DNA of 64,000 nucleotides from NCBI GenBank assembly GCA_965218095.1, contig OZ244587.1, forward strand, positions 1 through 64,000, in the 5' to 3' direction. Positions 20,325-29,749 of this stretch are shown here, one piece after another. The position numbers and the translations under genes were made by a program. Every line of letters begins with the position of its first letter. The stretch's first letter is position 1. The notes under the pieces were generated by a model. The model did not search any database. It was not told the DNA's origin and saw nothing but the letters and a program-made list of their open reading frames with translations. The DNA is from Candidatus Poribacteria bacterium (GTDB taxonomy: Bacteria > Poribacteria > WGA-4E > PCPOR2b).

Positions 20325-21332
20325 ATGACGAGAGAATCGAGACCGTTTAGTCGATCCGCTATGGAAGATTATCAAGCAATCCTGCAAGTATTTGACCAGC
20401 ATCAATCTTTTGCACTTTCAACACACATTAATCCCGATGGTGATGCACTTGGATCTGAATTAGCTCTCTATTCCTTCCTCAAAGACTTAGGGAAACAGGT
20501 CAAGATTTTCAACACGGATGCCACACCGAAAATTTACAAATTCCTTCCTTTTTGTGACGCCATTCTGTCCCCGAAATCACTGCAAGATGACTTCCCTGAA
20601 ATTTTAGTGGTCGTCGATGCCGGCATGCTGAAGCGAATTGGCGAAGATCTCTCTCGCTCCTTGATTCCACACAAGGCGATAGTTAACATTGATCACCACG
20701 CCACCGCCGACTACTTTGGAGATTATAATCTCGTTGAAACGGAGGCATCATCGACATCGGAGATTATCTATCGGCTGATCCGGCACCACGGCAGCCCGGT
20801 AGGAAAAGAACGAGCACTTTGCCTTTACACGGGAATCATGTTCGATACCGGCTGTTTTCGATACTCAAACTCGACACCGATTGCCCACCGTGTTGCAGCC
20901 GATCTGATTCAGGAAGGCATCTCGGTGGATGAAGTGTATCGCTTCGTGTACGAAACCGTACCGGTTGGAACAGTTCATTTGCTTGGCGAAGTTCTTCAAA
21001 CGCTCGGCATCACGCCAGATGGCAAGATCGCGTGGGTGTATGCAACGCAGGAGATGTTTCGCAAAACCCGGACGACCCGCGAGGATGTAGATAGGTTTAT
21101 TAACCATATCCGTTCGATTGATAGCGTTGAGGTTGCAATCCTCGTCAGTGAGCAAGAAAATGGTGAAGTAAAAGCAAGTCTGCGAAGTAAATCATTTGTT
21201 GATGTTGCCGAAATTGCTGCCGAATTTGAGGGCGGCGGTCACCAACGCGCCGCCGGATGTGAGATTGATGTCCCCTGCGAAGATGCAATTGCACAACTTG
21301 TGGCAAGTACGCAACGGCGAATAGGCAAATGA
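20325..21332 (+). CDS. nrnA: DHH/DHHA1 phosphoesterase (NrnA-like); start uncertain
   Basis: HINPDGDALGS, NIDHH, DTGCF, SLRS, GGGHQRAAG. Confidence 0.9.
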   Translation: MTRESRPFSRSAMEDYQAILQVFDQHQSFALSTHINPDGDALGSELALYSFLKDLGKQVKIFNTDATPKIYKFLPFCDAILSPKSLQDDFPEILVVVDAGMLKRIGEDLSRSLIPHKAIVNIDHHATADYFGDYNLVETEASSTSEIIYRLIRHHGSPVGKERALCLYTGIMFDTGCFRYSNSTPIAHRVAADLIQEGISVDEVYRFVYETVPVGTVHLLGEVLQTLGITPDGKIAWVYATQEMFRKTRTTREDVDRFINHIRSIDSVEVAILVSEQENGEVKASLRSKSFVDVAEIAAEFEGGGHQRAAGCEIDVPCEDAIAQLVASTQRRIGK

Positions 21333-21381
21333 GCGAATCAGGATGCGTTGCATCGCAGATTCAATTCGATAGTGGGGTACA

Positions 21382-22089
21382 ATGCCTATCCACGGTATTC
21401 TCAATCTGAATAAGCCCCCCAAGATCACTTCGAGACAAGCCGTAAATTGCGTGAAACGTCTGTTAAACGTGACGAAGGTGGGACATGGCGGCACACTAGA
21501 TCCGGATGCCACGGGAGTTTTGCTCATCTGCCTGGGAGATGCGACCAAACTGTTTGAAGCATTACAAGCAGGCACAAAGGAATACGAAGGCAGACTGACA
21601 TTAGGCGTCACGACAGATACCCTCGATGCAAGTGGACAAATTCTCAAGACTATGGACACAAGTCAGATAACTCCTGACCAAATTCGAGCGGTGTGCCAGC
21701 AGTTTGTTGGAGAGATTAATCAAATCGCGCCAATGTTTTCGGCGGTAAAACATAAAGGGAAGCGGTTATACAAATTGGCACGCCGAGGTATTGAAGTCGG
21801 ACGGCGTCCGAGGAGGGTCTCTATAGAAGTTGTCGATATCCTATCCATCAGTATACCTGAAGTTCGTTTCCAAGTCGTTTGTTCCAAAGGGACGTATATT
21901 CGAGTCTTTGCCGCAGATATTGGGGCGGTATTGGGCTGTGGCGCCCATCTCTCACAACTTACCCGCACGAGATCGGGTGTATTCAAAATCGAAGACTCAT
22001 ACACACTCGATAGCCTCGAGCGTGCCCCTGAATCCGCATCTCAAGCAATGATACCAATTGAAGTGGTTATTGATATTCTGAATCAATAG
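21382..22089 (+). CDS. truB: tRNA pseudouridine(55) synthase
   Basis: KVGHGGTLDPDATGVL, PMFSAVK, CSKGTYIR. Confidence 0.96.
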   Translation: MPIHGILNLNKPPKITSRQAVNCVKRLLNVTKVGHGGTLDPDATGVLLICLGDATKLFEALQAGTKEYEGRLTLGVTTDTLDASGQILKTMDTSQITPDQIRAVCQQFVGEINQIAPMFSAVKHKGKRLYKLARRGIEVGRRPRRVSIEVVDILSISIPEVRFQVVCSKGTYIRVFAADIGAVLGCGAHLSQLTRTRSGVFKIEDSYTLDSLERAPESASQAMIPIEVVIDILNQ

Positions 22090-22138
22090 TTAGCTTTGAC
22101 TTGACAATTGTCAATCGTCAGTCTGTGGAGATTGAATT

Positions 22139-23071
22139 TTGCAAATTTTCTATGACCTAGAAGTTCCCTCTGAGCTATCGCAAGAATTTGCTGTTACAGT
22201 CGGTGTATTTGATGGATTACACATTGGACATCAAGTAGTTATTCAGCAGGTGTTAACACACACAGAAAAGTTCGGGTTATCGAGCCTTGTTATCACCTTC
22301 CACCCACCCCCGCTGGCTTTCCTCGCGCCTGAAAGGTGTCCTCCAACCTTAACAACCGTTCCAAAGAAAATTGAGATATTGCAACAGCTCGGTGTTGATG
22401 TTGTGATATTCGCTCGCTTCGATGCGTATTTGCAGCAAATGTCACCGGATACCTTCGTTCGGCAGGTACTGTTGCAGCGTTTACATGCTAAATGGGTCGT
22501 TGTTGGCTATGAATGGCAGTTTGGCAAGGGACGATCTGGCAATACGGAGGTTTTGAAGCAGCTTGGAGAGCGGTATCAGTTTGGCGTGACAATCGTGGGT
22601 CCGACGCAACTTCACGGCGTCCCTGTCCACAGCACACGCATCCGGGAAGCAATTGCAGATGGCAATCTCGATCTGGCATCTCAGTTACTTGGACGCCGAT
22701 ATTCGATCATGGGAGAGATAGTAAAGGGAGAGGGACGTGGACGCCAAATTGGGTTTCCCACTGCCAATATCAACGTCGGGGAGCAGATGCTGCCGCCGAA
22801 TGGGGTTTACGCCATCCAGGCGAAACTTGAAGGGCAGATGTTTGATGGCGTGCTCAATATGGGGACCAGACCGACATTTGATGGGGTAAAGTTCCAGATT
22901 GAAAGTCATCTATTCCATTTTGGGGAGATGGCGTACGGAAAAGAGATCGAGATTTTCTTCATCGAAAAGATTCGTGATGAGCAGGTATTTCCAGACCCAG
23001 AGGCTCTAGTGGATCAGATTAAACAGGACATCGCCGCCGCGAAAGCGATCTTGATCCGGATGAAAATTTGA
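22139..23071 (+). CDS. ribF: Bifunctional riboflavin kinase/FAD synthetase
   Basis: GVFDGLHIGHQ, STRIR, GRQIGFPTAN, GTRPT, ESH. Confidence 0.96.
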   Translation: MQIFYDLEVPSELSQEFAVTVGVFDGLHIGHQVVIQQVLTHTEKFGLSSLVITFHPPPLAFLAPERCPPTLTTVPKKIEILQQLGVDVVIFARFDAYLQQMSPDTFVRQVLLQRLHAKWVVVGYEWQFGKGRSGNTEVLKQLGERYQFGVTIVGPTQLHGVPVHSTRIREAIADGNLDLASQLLGRRYSIMGEIVKGEGRGRQIGFPTANINVGEQMLPPNGVYAIQAKLEGQMFDGVLNMGTRPTFDGVKFQIESHLFHFGEMAYGKEIEIFFIEKIRDEQVFPDPEALVDQIKQDIAAAKAILIRMKI

Positions 23072-23170
23072 TTTACAAAACGCTCCGGTTTATGGTATAT
23101 TAAGGCTTATATATGTGCAAGGAGAAATAGCGTATGATGAAGAGATATGCCAAAGAGGAGGTGAATTCGT

Positions 23171-23461
23171 ATGGTGTTGGAGGCTGAAAGGAAAAGAGAG
23201 CTGGTCGAAGCGTATAAAACGCATGATGGCGATACCGGATCACCCGAAGTACAGGTGGCAATCATCAATACCCGCATCCGGGAATTGACGGAACATTTTC
23301 GAACCCATAGGAAAGACCATCATTCGAGACAGGGTATGTTCAAGCTCGTGAGTAAACAACGTCGTTTATTGAGTTATCTTTATAAACAGGATGTTCAACG
23401 GTATCGCAATCTGATTACTGAACTTGGAATTCGTGACACAATTTCAGGCAGGAGAAGCTAG
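23171..23461 (+). CDS. rpsO: 30S ribosomal protein S15
   Basis: [20 protein letters not shown]; strong SD GAGGAGGTG. Confidence 0.97.
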   Translation: MVLEAERKRELVEAYKTHDGDTGSPEVQVAIINTRIRELTEHFRTHRKDHHSRQGMFKLVSKQRRLLSYLYKQDVQRYRNLITELGIRDTISGRRS

Positions 23462-23496
23462 TGAACCACCGTAGAACGTTGTGAGGAGGAAAGATA

Positions 23497-25749
23497 TTGA
23501 AAGTTGAAATGCAACTCGGGAGCGAAAAGCTCTCAATCGAGACAGGAAAGGTCGCCAAACAAGCAGATGGCGCCGTTTGGGTACAATACGGTGGAACGGT
23601 TGTCCTAGTGGCAGTCGTCGCTGATAAGAGAGAATCGAATTTAGACTTTTTCCCTTTAACCGTAGACTATCGTGAAAAATCTTATGCATCGGGGCGCATC
23701 CCCGGCGTTTATGGCAGACGCGAACCACGTCCGGGGGTCAATGAACTCTTGACCGCGCGTCTAATCGATCATTGTATTCGCCCCCTTTTCCCTAAGGATT
23801 TCCAGGTAGAAGTGCAAGTCATGTGTACGGTGATTGCTTCCGATCAGATCCACCCCGCTGATGTGCCCGCCCTCATCGGAACGTCGGCGGCGCTGAGTAT
23901 TTCGGATATACCGTTTAACGGACCGGTCGGCGCGGTCACAATTGGGAGGCTAGATGGGGCATTTACCGTCAATCCGACTTATGAAGAATTAGAGCGGTGT
24001 GAATTAGAATTTTTCGTCAGTGGCAAAGCCGATGCCGTCATGTCTGTCGAAGGTGGGGCGCACGAAGTACCAGAAGATGAGGTGATTGATGCGATTGTGG
24101 CAGCTCACCAGGAGATTAAAGAAATCACCAAACTTCAGGAAGGTTTAATTGCGCTTTGTGGAAAGCCTGCCCGCGAGTACAAGATGAAAGAAATCGATGA
24201 AGGACTGAGCTCGCGTATCCGAAACCTCGCCACAGAAAGGATTCGTGAATCCATTGGCATGGACGAAAAGCAAGACCGCGAAGGCTATCTCGAACAGGTG
24301 CAGGCAGATGTTCTGTCGGAAATTCTTGATGATGTTGAGGCGGAAGAAGATGCGCCCGAAGTCACACAAGATGCCATTTCGATATTAGGCGATATCGAGA
24401 AGGAAGAGATGCGCCAGTCAATCTTGAACGAAGGAAAGCGTGTTGATGGACGGGGTATCACAGATGTTCGAGAAATTTCAGGTGAAGTTGCGGTCCTCCC
24501 TCGCGTACACGGTTCCGCGCTCTTTACCCGCGGACAAACCCAAGCCCTTTGTGTGACGACACTCGGGACCAAAGGGGACGAAGATGTGAACCGTTCCTTG
24601 ATTGGAGAGGTTAGAAAATACTTCTTTCTGCACTACAATTTTCCGCCATACAGCACCGGCGAAGTCAAGAGAATTATGGGGCCGGGGCGAAGGGAAATCG
24701 GTCACGGGATTCTCGCTGAGAAGGCAATTCAGCCGGTCATTCCCGATCGAGATGAGTTCCGCTACACAATTCGTGCGGTATCGGAGATTCTTGAATCGAA
24801 CGCGTCTTCCTCCATGGCCAGCGTCTGTGGTGTAACCCTTTCGTTATTGGACGCGGGCGTGCCTATCAAGAAGCCGGTAGCGGGGGTTGGTGTTGGATTG
24901 ATTAAGGAAGGTGTCCGTGAGGTCATCTTGACGGATATGCTCGGCACGGAGGACTTCCTCGGTGACATGGACTTCAAGGTCGCTGGCACCCGGGATGGCC
25001 TTACCGCTATTCAGATGGACATCAAAATTGACGGCGTGACGCCAGAGCTGATGCGGCGAGCTCTCCATCAAGCGAAGGAAGCACGTTTGGTTGTTCTTGA
25101 TAAGATGAGTGAAATTATCACGCAGCCGCGCGATGAAATTTCCCCATACGCGCCACGCATCTATGAAATCCAAATCTCGCCATCTAAAATCAAAGACCTG
25201 ATTGGCCCACGCGGCAAAACCGTCCAGGGCATTCAAGAGGAAACCGGTGTATCGATCGATATCGAGGATGATGGCAGGGTCGAGATTTCATCGTTCAATG
25301 CTGAAGCCGCTAACAAAGCGGAAGAGATGATTCTCTCCATTACCGCAATTCCTGAAGTTGGCAAGGAATACGCCGGAAAAGTTACCCGTATCACATCGTT
25401 CGGTGCTTTTATCGAGATTATACCGGGTCAGGACGGGTTACTTCATATATCCCAAATGGGTGATGGTTACGTCCGACAGGTTGAAGATGTGATGAGCATT
25501 GGTGATGAGGTGGCTGTACGCGTCATCGAGATTGATGAGCAGGGTCGTGTCGATCTGACGCTTGCCAACGCCCCGCCATCCACGGAGTCCGGTTCATCAG
25601 ACCGAGGGGATTCGAGAGAGCGGGGGGATTCGCGCCCACAGGATAACCGTTCAGGTAGAGGGCGGCGTGATTCTCGCAACGCTCGTCACAGCCGTAGCAA
25701 CGATTCACGAGAACGCAGACCGCCGAGAATCCCGAAAGGACGATATTAG
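23497..25749 (+). CDS. pnp: Polyribonucleotide nucleotidyltransferase
   Basis: FFPLTVDYRE, HGSALFTRGQTQ, RREIGHG, GDMDFKVAG, KH and S1 domains. Confidence 0.97.
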   Translation: MKVEMQLGSEKLSIETGKVAKQADGAVWVQYGGTVVLVAVVADKRESNLDFFPLTVDYREKSYASGRIPGVYGRREPRPGVNELLTARLIDHCIRPLFPKDFQVEVQVMCTVIASDQIHPADVPALIGTSAALSISDIPFNGPVGAVTIGRLDGAFTVNPTYEELERCELEFFVSGKADAVMSVEGGAHEVPEDEVIDAIVAAHQEIKEITKLQEGLIALCGKPAREYKMKEIDEGLSSRIRNLATERIRESIGMDEKQDREGYLEQVQADVLSEILDDVEAEEDAPEVTQDAISILGDIEKEEMRQSILNEGKRVDGRGITDVREISGEVAVLPRVHGSALFTRGQTQALCVTTLGTKGDEDVNRSLIGEVRKYFFLHYNFPPYSTGEVKRIMGPGRREIGHGILAEKAIQPVIPDRDEFRYTIRAVSEILESNASSSMASVCGVTLSLLDAGVPIKKPVAGVGVGLIKEGVREVILTDMLGTEDFLGDMDFKVAGTRDGLTAIQMDIKIDGVTPELMRRALHQAKEARLVVLDKMSEIITQPRDEISPYAPRIYEIQISPSKIKDLIGPRGKTVQGIQEETGVSIDIEDDGRVEISSFNAEAANKAEEMILSITAIPEVGKEYAGKVTRITSFGAFIEIIPGQDGLLHISQMGDGYVRQVEDVMSIGDEVAVRVIEIDEQGRVDLTLANAPPSTESGSSDRGDSRERGDSRPQDNRSGRGRRDSRNARHSRSNDSRERRPPRIPKGRY

Positions 25750-25878
25750 AAGACGAGTCAATCCCGTTTGAGGTGGTGGGTAATCAAACCCGGATCTTTG
25801 ATCGGGGTTCAAAACTTTGCGAAGGCTGAGTGAATCTCTTCATCTTTTATTCTGCAAATCAGACGGGAGGAAATACGA

Positions 25879-25920
25879 GGCAAATGGGCGAATAGATGAA
25901 ACAAGATTCGCCCATTTGCC
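25879..25920. repeat. Hairpin built from octamer repeats (possible terminator)
   Basis: GGCAAATGGGCGAAT...ATTCGCCCATTTGCC, perfect 15-bp arms. Confidence 0.7.
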
Positions 25921-25942
25921 TATTCTCAAAGGGCTGTATTAA

Positions 25943-26152
25943 ATGCAAGCAAGGCGCCCCAGCCGGACGGTGAGAAGACCAGGTCGGGAAGAAAGGGGTT
26001 TTCTAGATCAGAAGTCGTTAACCTATCTTTTGACATTTATTCTCATTCTCCTCATCGTAGTTTTTGTTGTGTGCTGGAAATATCAAGATTGGGTCATTCA
26101 ACAGGCAAAGTGGATTGTCCAATACGGAAAATTGGCATTCGGTATAGAATAA
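25943..26152 (+). CDS. Small single-pass membrane protein
   Basis: Basic N-terminus followed by a ~20-aa hydrophobic helix. Confidence 0.55.
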   Translation: MQARRPSRTVRRPGREERGFLDQKSLTYLLTFILILLIVVFVVCWKYQDWVIQQAKWIVQYGKLAFGIE

Positions 26153-26313
26153 CCTTGTCTTCTCACCCTCACTCAGATGGAGTAGGAGACAGTAAAAGCG
26201 TGAAACAATCTTCAACTTCCTTATCCCGTTTTACAGACCGGACTCTCTTTCGATTCTACTTTCTTTTCTCTCCGTCAGATGAGCGCAAACAGTCCCCGCT
26301 TCGGAGGTTTGGA

Positions 26314-26901
26314 ATGAAACTTTCTTTTCTCATCTCACCCCGATCTCATATTGAGGATTTTCTGCAGCTTGTCTCCGATAGGTTCAACCCATTGTGTTTC
26401 GCTCTTGCCTCGGGTGTAGTTGTTCTCGCCTTCGCACTTCTCGGTTGCGGTTATGTGTCAACCTCAGACTATCTCAGTCATATAAAAACAATAGCAATCT
26501 CGCCGATTGAGATTGAAGACCCCGATTTCACGTTTGATGTTTCAGGTAATCCACACGATGAGATCATCAGGGAAGCATTCATTAATCGTTTTAACCAGAA
26601 ATGGCGCGATGGAAACGACGCACAGCTTGATATGACAATTTTAGATTATCATCTGGAGCCTCTCGACTATGATGCCAATAACCAGCCTATACAGTTTCGT
26701 ATGAGTTTGCAGATCGAATATGAATTTAAGGATCGCGTCCAAAACAAAATGATCAATCGCAAAGATAATTACTTCCAAATTCATGATTTCTATGTCGTTT
26801 CAGGCAGAGGCGAACCACCAGAAACCCGCCAAGAGGCACACACACGACTTATTAAAGAATTAGTCGATGATCTCTATAGTACGCTCGCTGAACAGTGGTA
26901 G
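26314..26901 (+). CDS. LptE-like lipoprotein
   Basis: SD GGAGG; lipobox LLGC-GY, HIKTIAI, C-terminal helix ending in W as in LptE-like proteins. Confidence 0.65.
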   Translation: MKLSFLISPRSHIEDFLQLVSDRFNPLCFALASGVVVLAFALLGCGYVSTSDYLSHIKTIAISPIEIEDPDFTFDVSGNPHDEIIREAFINRFNQKWRDGNDAQLDMTILDYHLEPLDYDANNQPIQFRMSLQIEYEFKDRVQNKMINRKDNYFQIHDFYVVSGRGEPPETRQEAHTRLIKELVDDLYSTLAEQW

Positions 26902-26956
26902 GCTTATAGGTCCGGCTTATACTGGTTTAGGTTTATAATTTCCCACCGGTTAACTA

Positions 26957-27792
26957 GGTTCTGTTGACATTTGAGTATAAGGTTGTGGCATAATAGAAGA
27001 ATGACGCCAATAACCTTATCTGATGAACAATGGAATAAGATATACCGGTTTCTTCTAAGCTGTCCCACCATCTATGTTGGCGACGAAGCTGCTACACGCC
27101 GCTTCGTCGAAGCCGTCCTGTGGGTGACTCGTAGCGGCGCTCAATGGAGACTTCTACTAGACACCTATGGCAAATGGAACACCCGCTACAAGCGGTTTGC
27201 TCGGTGGTGCGACAAAGGTATCTTCACACAGATCCACCACCACTTCGCCTCTGACCCCGATATGGAGTCGCTTATTGTGGACAGTACCATCTGCCACGCT
27301 CACCCGTGTGCGGCGGGCACCTTAAAAAGCTGGCGCCTTAAAAAAAAGGGTGGAACTGAAAACCAAGCATTAGGTCGGTCTCGGGGCGGTTTCAGTACAA
27401 AAAATCACATCACCGTTGACGGACTAGGCAATCCCCTAAGAATTCATCTGACACCCGGTCAGAGACATGACATAACTGAGGCGGAAGGGTTGATAATCGG
27501 ATATAACAGTGAATATGTGATTGGAGACAAGGGGTACGATTCGGACGCTTTTATCGCCGTTATTGAGGCGAATGGAGCGATTGCGGTGATACCGCCAAAA
27601 AGTCATCGTGTTGACCAAAGAACGTATGACAAACACTTATACAAAGAGAGACATCGGGTTGAATGTTTCATCAACAAGATAAAATGGTATCGTCGTATCT
27701 TCTCTCGGTTTGAGAAGCTAGCTGTCCGTTATTTTGGATTTCTCAGCTTTGTCTCCACTCTTATATGGCTCCCTTGAAATGTCAATAGAACC
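26957..27792 (+). mobile_element. IS5-family element, copy 2 (single in-frame transposase ORF 27001-27777)
   Basis: Same TIRs (right TIR has one mismatch), TA flanks, uninterrupted DDE transposase. Confidence 0.93.
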
Positions 27793-27894
27793 TAACGTCT
27801 CCATTATCTCCAGAATGGGAAATTTAAACCCGAATTCGGTATTAGGGGGATGTCGGCGACGCCGGAACTTACAGGCTTATGAGACGATAGGACT

Positions 27895-28926
27895 GTGACT
27901 TATTACGTTTCATGTTTTCAGATTCATCATCAATGGTGGCAGTATCTTTGGATTTTTCATGCCTTTTACACGTTGCTATTCCTTTCGTGTCGGGCTGAAC
28001 AAGGTAATTACACCGCTGTCAACCAAAATGGGCAGTACGTTTATGGTGTTTGGGACGCTCGAACTGCCAGGGCAGCAAAGACGTTCTCACGCCAAATTGC
28101 TCAAGCATGGGCACAAGTCCCGCCTCGGATGGATCCGCTTCCAATAATCACAACCACCAGGCCAACTGGGTTCCTGCCGGCAAATGGAGCGGCTTCCCAT
28201 TGGGTCAGGTCACGGAAACCGAGTATCTATATAGGAAAAGATCTGTACAAAGATGTAATCGGTGGGAACCCGGAGTTATATCATACCTACGGCTTTATCG
28301 AAGGCGCGAATGTCGAATATCAAACGCCCCAACTCGGATCTAAGCCATTGATTTTTGTAGAGGTTTTCGACATGGGGAGTCCAGAGAATGCTTTCGGACT
28401 CTACAGTCGAGCGCGCTATCCGCAGGATGAATTTGAATGGGTCGGCAGCAGAGCAATCATTTCTGGACGAGAACTTAACTTCCGGAAGGGCAGATACTTC
28501 ATACAAATTGAGGGATACGAATTTGCAAGTCAGATTAAACAGGGCATGATTGAACTTGCTAAAGCAACTGCCGACCACATCAAAGATCCACCGACAAAAC
28601 CACACCTCCTGACACTCCTTCCTTCAAAAAACAAAGTACCTCACAGCGAAAAATACTTCCCCTCCGGCGCAACCTTGAAGAAAATTCACCGTCTCCTGCC
28701 CGAGCGTCTACTGGAATTGAGCCCAAACGTAACAGGGTGCTCTGCTGCATATCTACACAAAAAATCCTCTACCGACTGGATCGATACAATGACGGTATTC
28801 GTTCTGCGTTATGAAGTTGAATCAGAAGCGAAGGCAGCCTACGAAACCTATCGAGATTACCTGGAGGCAAACGCTATTGCGTTTGATTCAACCCAAGCCG
28901 GTGGAATTATCGTCAAAGGACGGTAA
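27895..28926 (+). CDS. Secreted/lipoprotein, DUF6599-like
   Basis: Hydrophobic N-region with LSC; LYKDVIGGNPELYHTYGF, VEVFDMGSPENAFGLYS, KGRYFIQI. Confidence 0.65.
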   Translation: MTYYVSCFQIHHQWWQYLWIFHAFYTLLFLSCRAEQGNYTAVNQNGQYVYGVWDARTARAAKTFSRQIAQAWAQVPPRMDPLPIITTTRPTGFLPANGAASHWVRSRKPSIYIGKDLYKDVIGGNPELYHTYGFIEGANVEYQTPQLGSKPLIFVEVFDMGSPENAFGLYSRARYPQDEFEWVGSRAIISGRELNFRKGRYFIQIEGYEFASQIKQGMIELAKATADHIKDPPTKPHLLTLLPSKNKVPHSEKYFPSGATLKKIHRLLPERLLELSPNVTGCSAAYLHKKSSTDWIDTMTVFVLRYEVESEAKAAYETYRDYLEANAIAFDSTQAGGIIVKGR

Positions 28927-28976
28927 CGATTAAAAGGTGAACCAGTCTCTTGACTAAAACAACAAGGAGATTCGCC

Positions 28977-29735
28977 ATGCGAGGAGATTTTGAAGCCTAT
29001 CTGAACAACTCGTTTCGCGATGAGAACGGGAAACTGGATTTAGACAAATTGTTAGCCCTTGAGGATGAGGCGGATATGGATGTCGCTGTCATTATGCCCA
29101 ACACCCAGCCTGAACCGGACAATCAGGAACTCGGTGAAGCAATAAAAGACAATCCGCGCGCCCTTGGCTGTGCACTTATCCATCCCACCGAAGCAGACCC
29201 GGTTGGACAGGTGAATAAGGCTGCCAACGAATGGGGCATGAAAGGGATTAAGCTGATGCCGGCCGTCCACAAGTATGATGTCGATGATGAGATTGTCAAG
29301 CCGGTTGTTGAGGCAGCGCGAGATAACGGCTTCATTGTTTCGATCCATTCGGGTCTGGCGAATTGCCACCCCACACGTATCGGAAACGTTGCGAGCTGGA
29401 TTCCTGAGACGCCAGTGATCATGGATCACATGGGGTTCCCCGATGACCTCGACGCCGGAATCGAAGCCGCCAAAGCGAACAAAAACATCTCTTTAGGGAC
29501 AACCATCCTCCGTTTCCATCGCCGTTGGGGAACAGACTCCGATCAGGTCGTTCCCACCGAAGTGAAGAAAGCAGTTGACGAATTGGGGTCTGAGCAGATT
29601 GTTTTCGGATCCAATACGCCAGAGTATCGCCCCATCCAAGTTGTCAATGCGATCCGGCGCCTCGAATTGGGGGATGACGCCGAAGCTCTGATTTTTGGCG
29701 ATAATTTGGCGCGGATCTATGGTTTGGAAGAGTAA
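28977..29735 (+). CDS. Amidohydrolase_2 family protein
   Basis: KGIKLMP, IHSG, IMDHMG, IVFGSN, IFGDNLARIY. Confidence 0.88.
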   Translation: MRGDFEAYLNNSFRDENGKLDLDKLLALEDEADMDVAVIMPNTQPEPDNQELGEAIKDNPRALGCALIHPTEADPVGQVNKAANEWGMKGIKLMPAVHKYDVDDEIVKPVVEAARDNGFIVSIHSGLANCHPTRIGNVASWIPETPVIMDHMGFPDDLDAGIEAAKANKNISLGTTILRFHRRWGTDSDQVVPTEVKKAVDELGSEQIVFGSNTPEYRPIQVVNAIRRLELGDDAEALIFGDNLARIYGLEE

Positions 29736-29749
29736 AAACACAATAGTTA

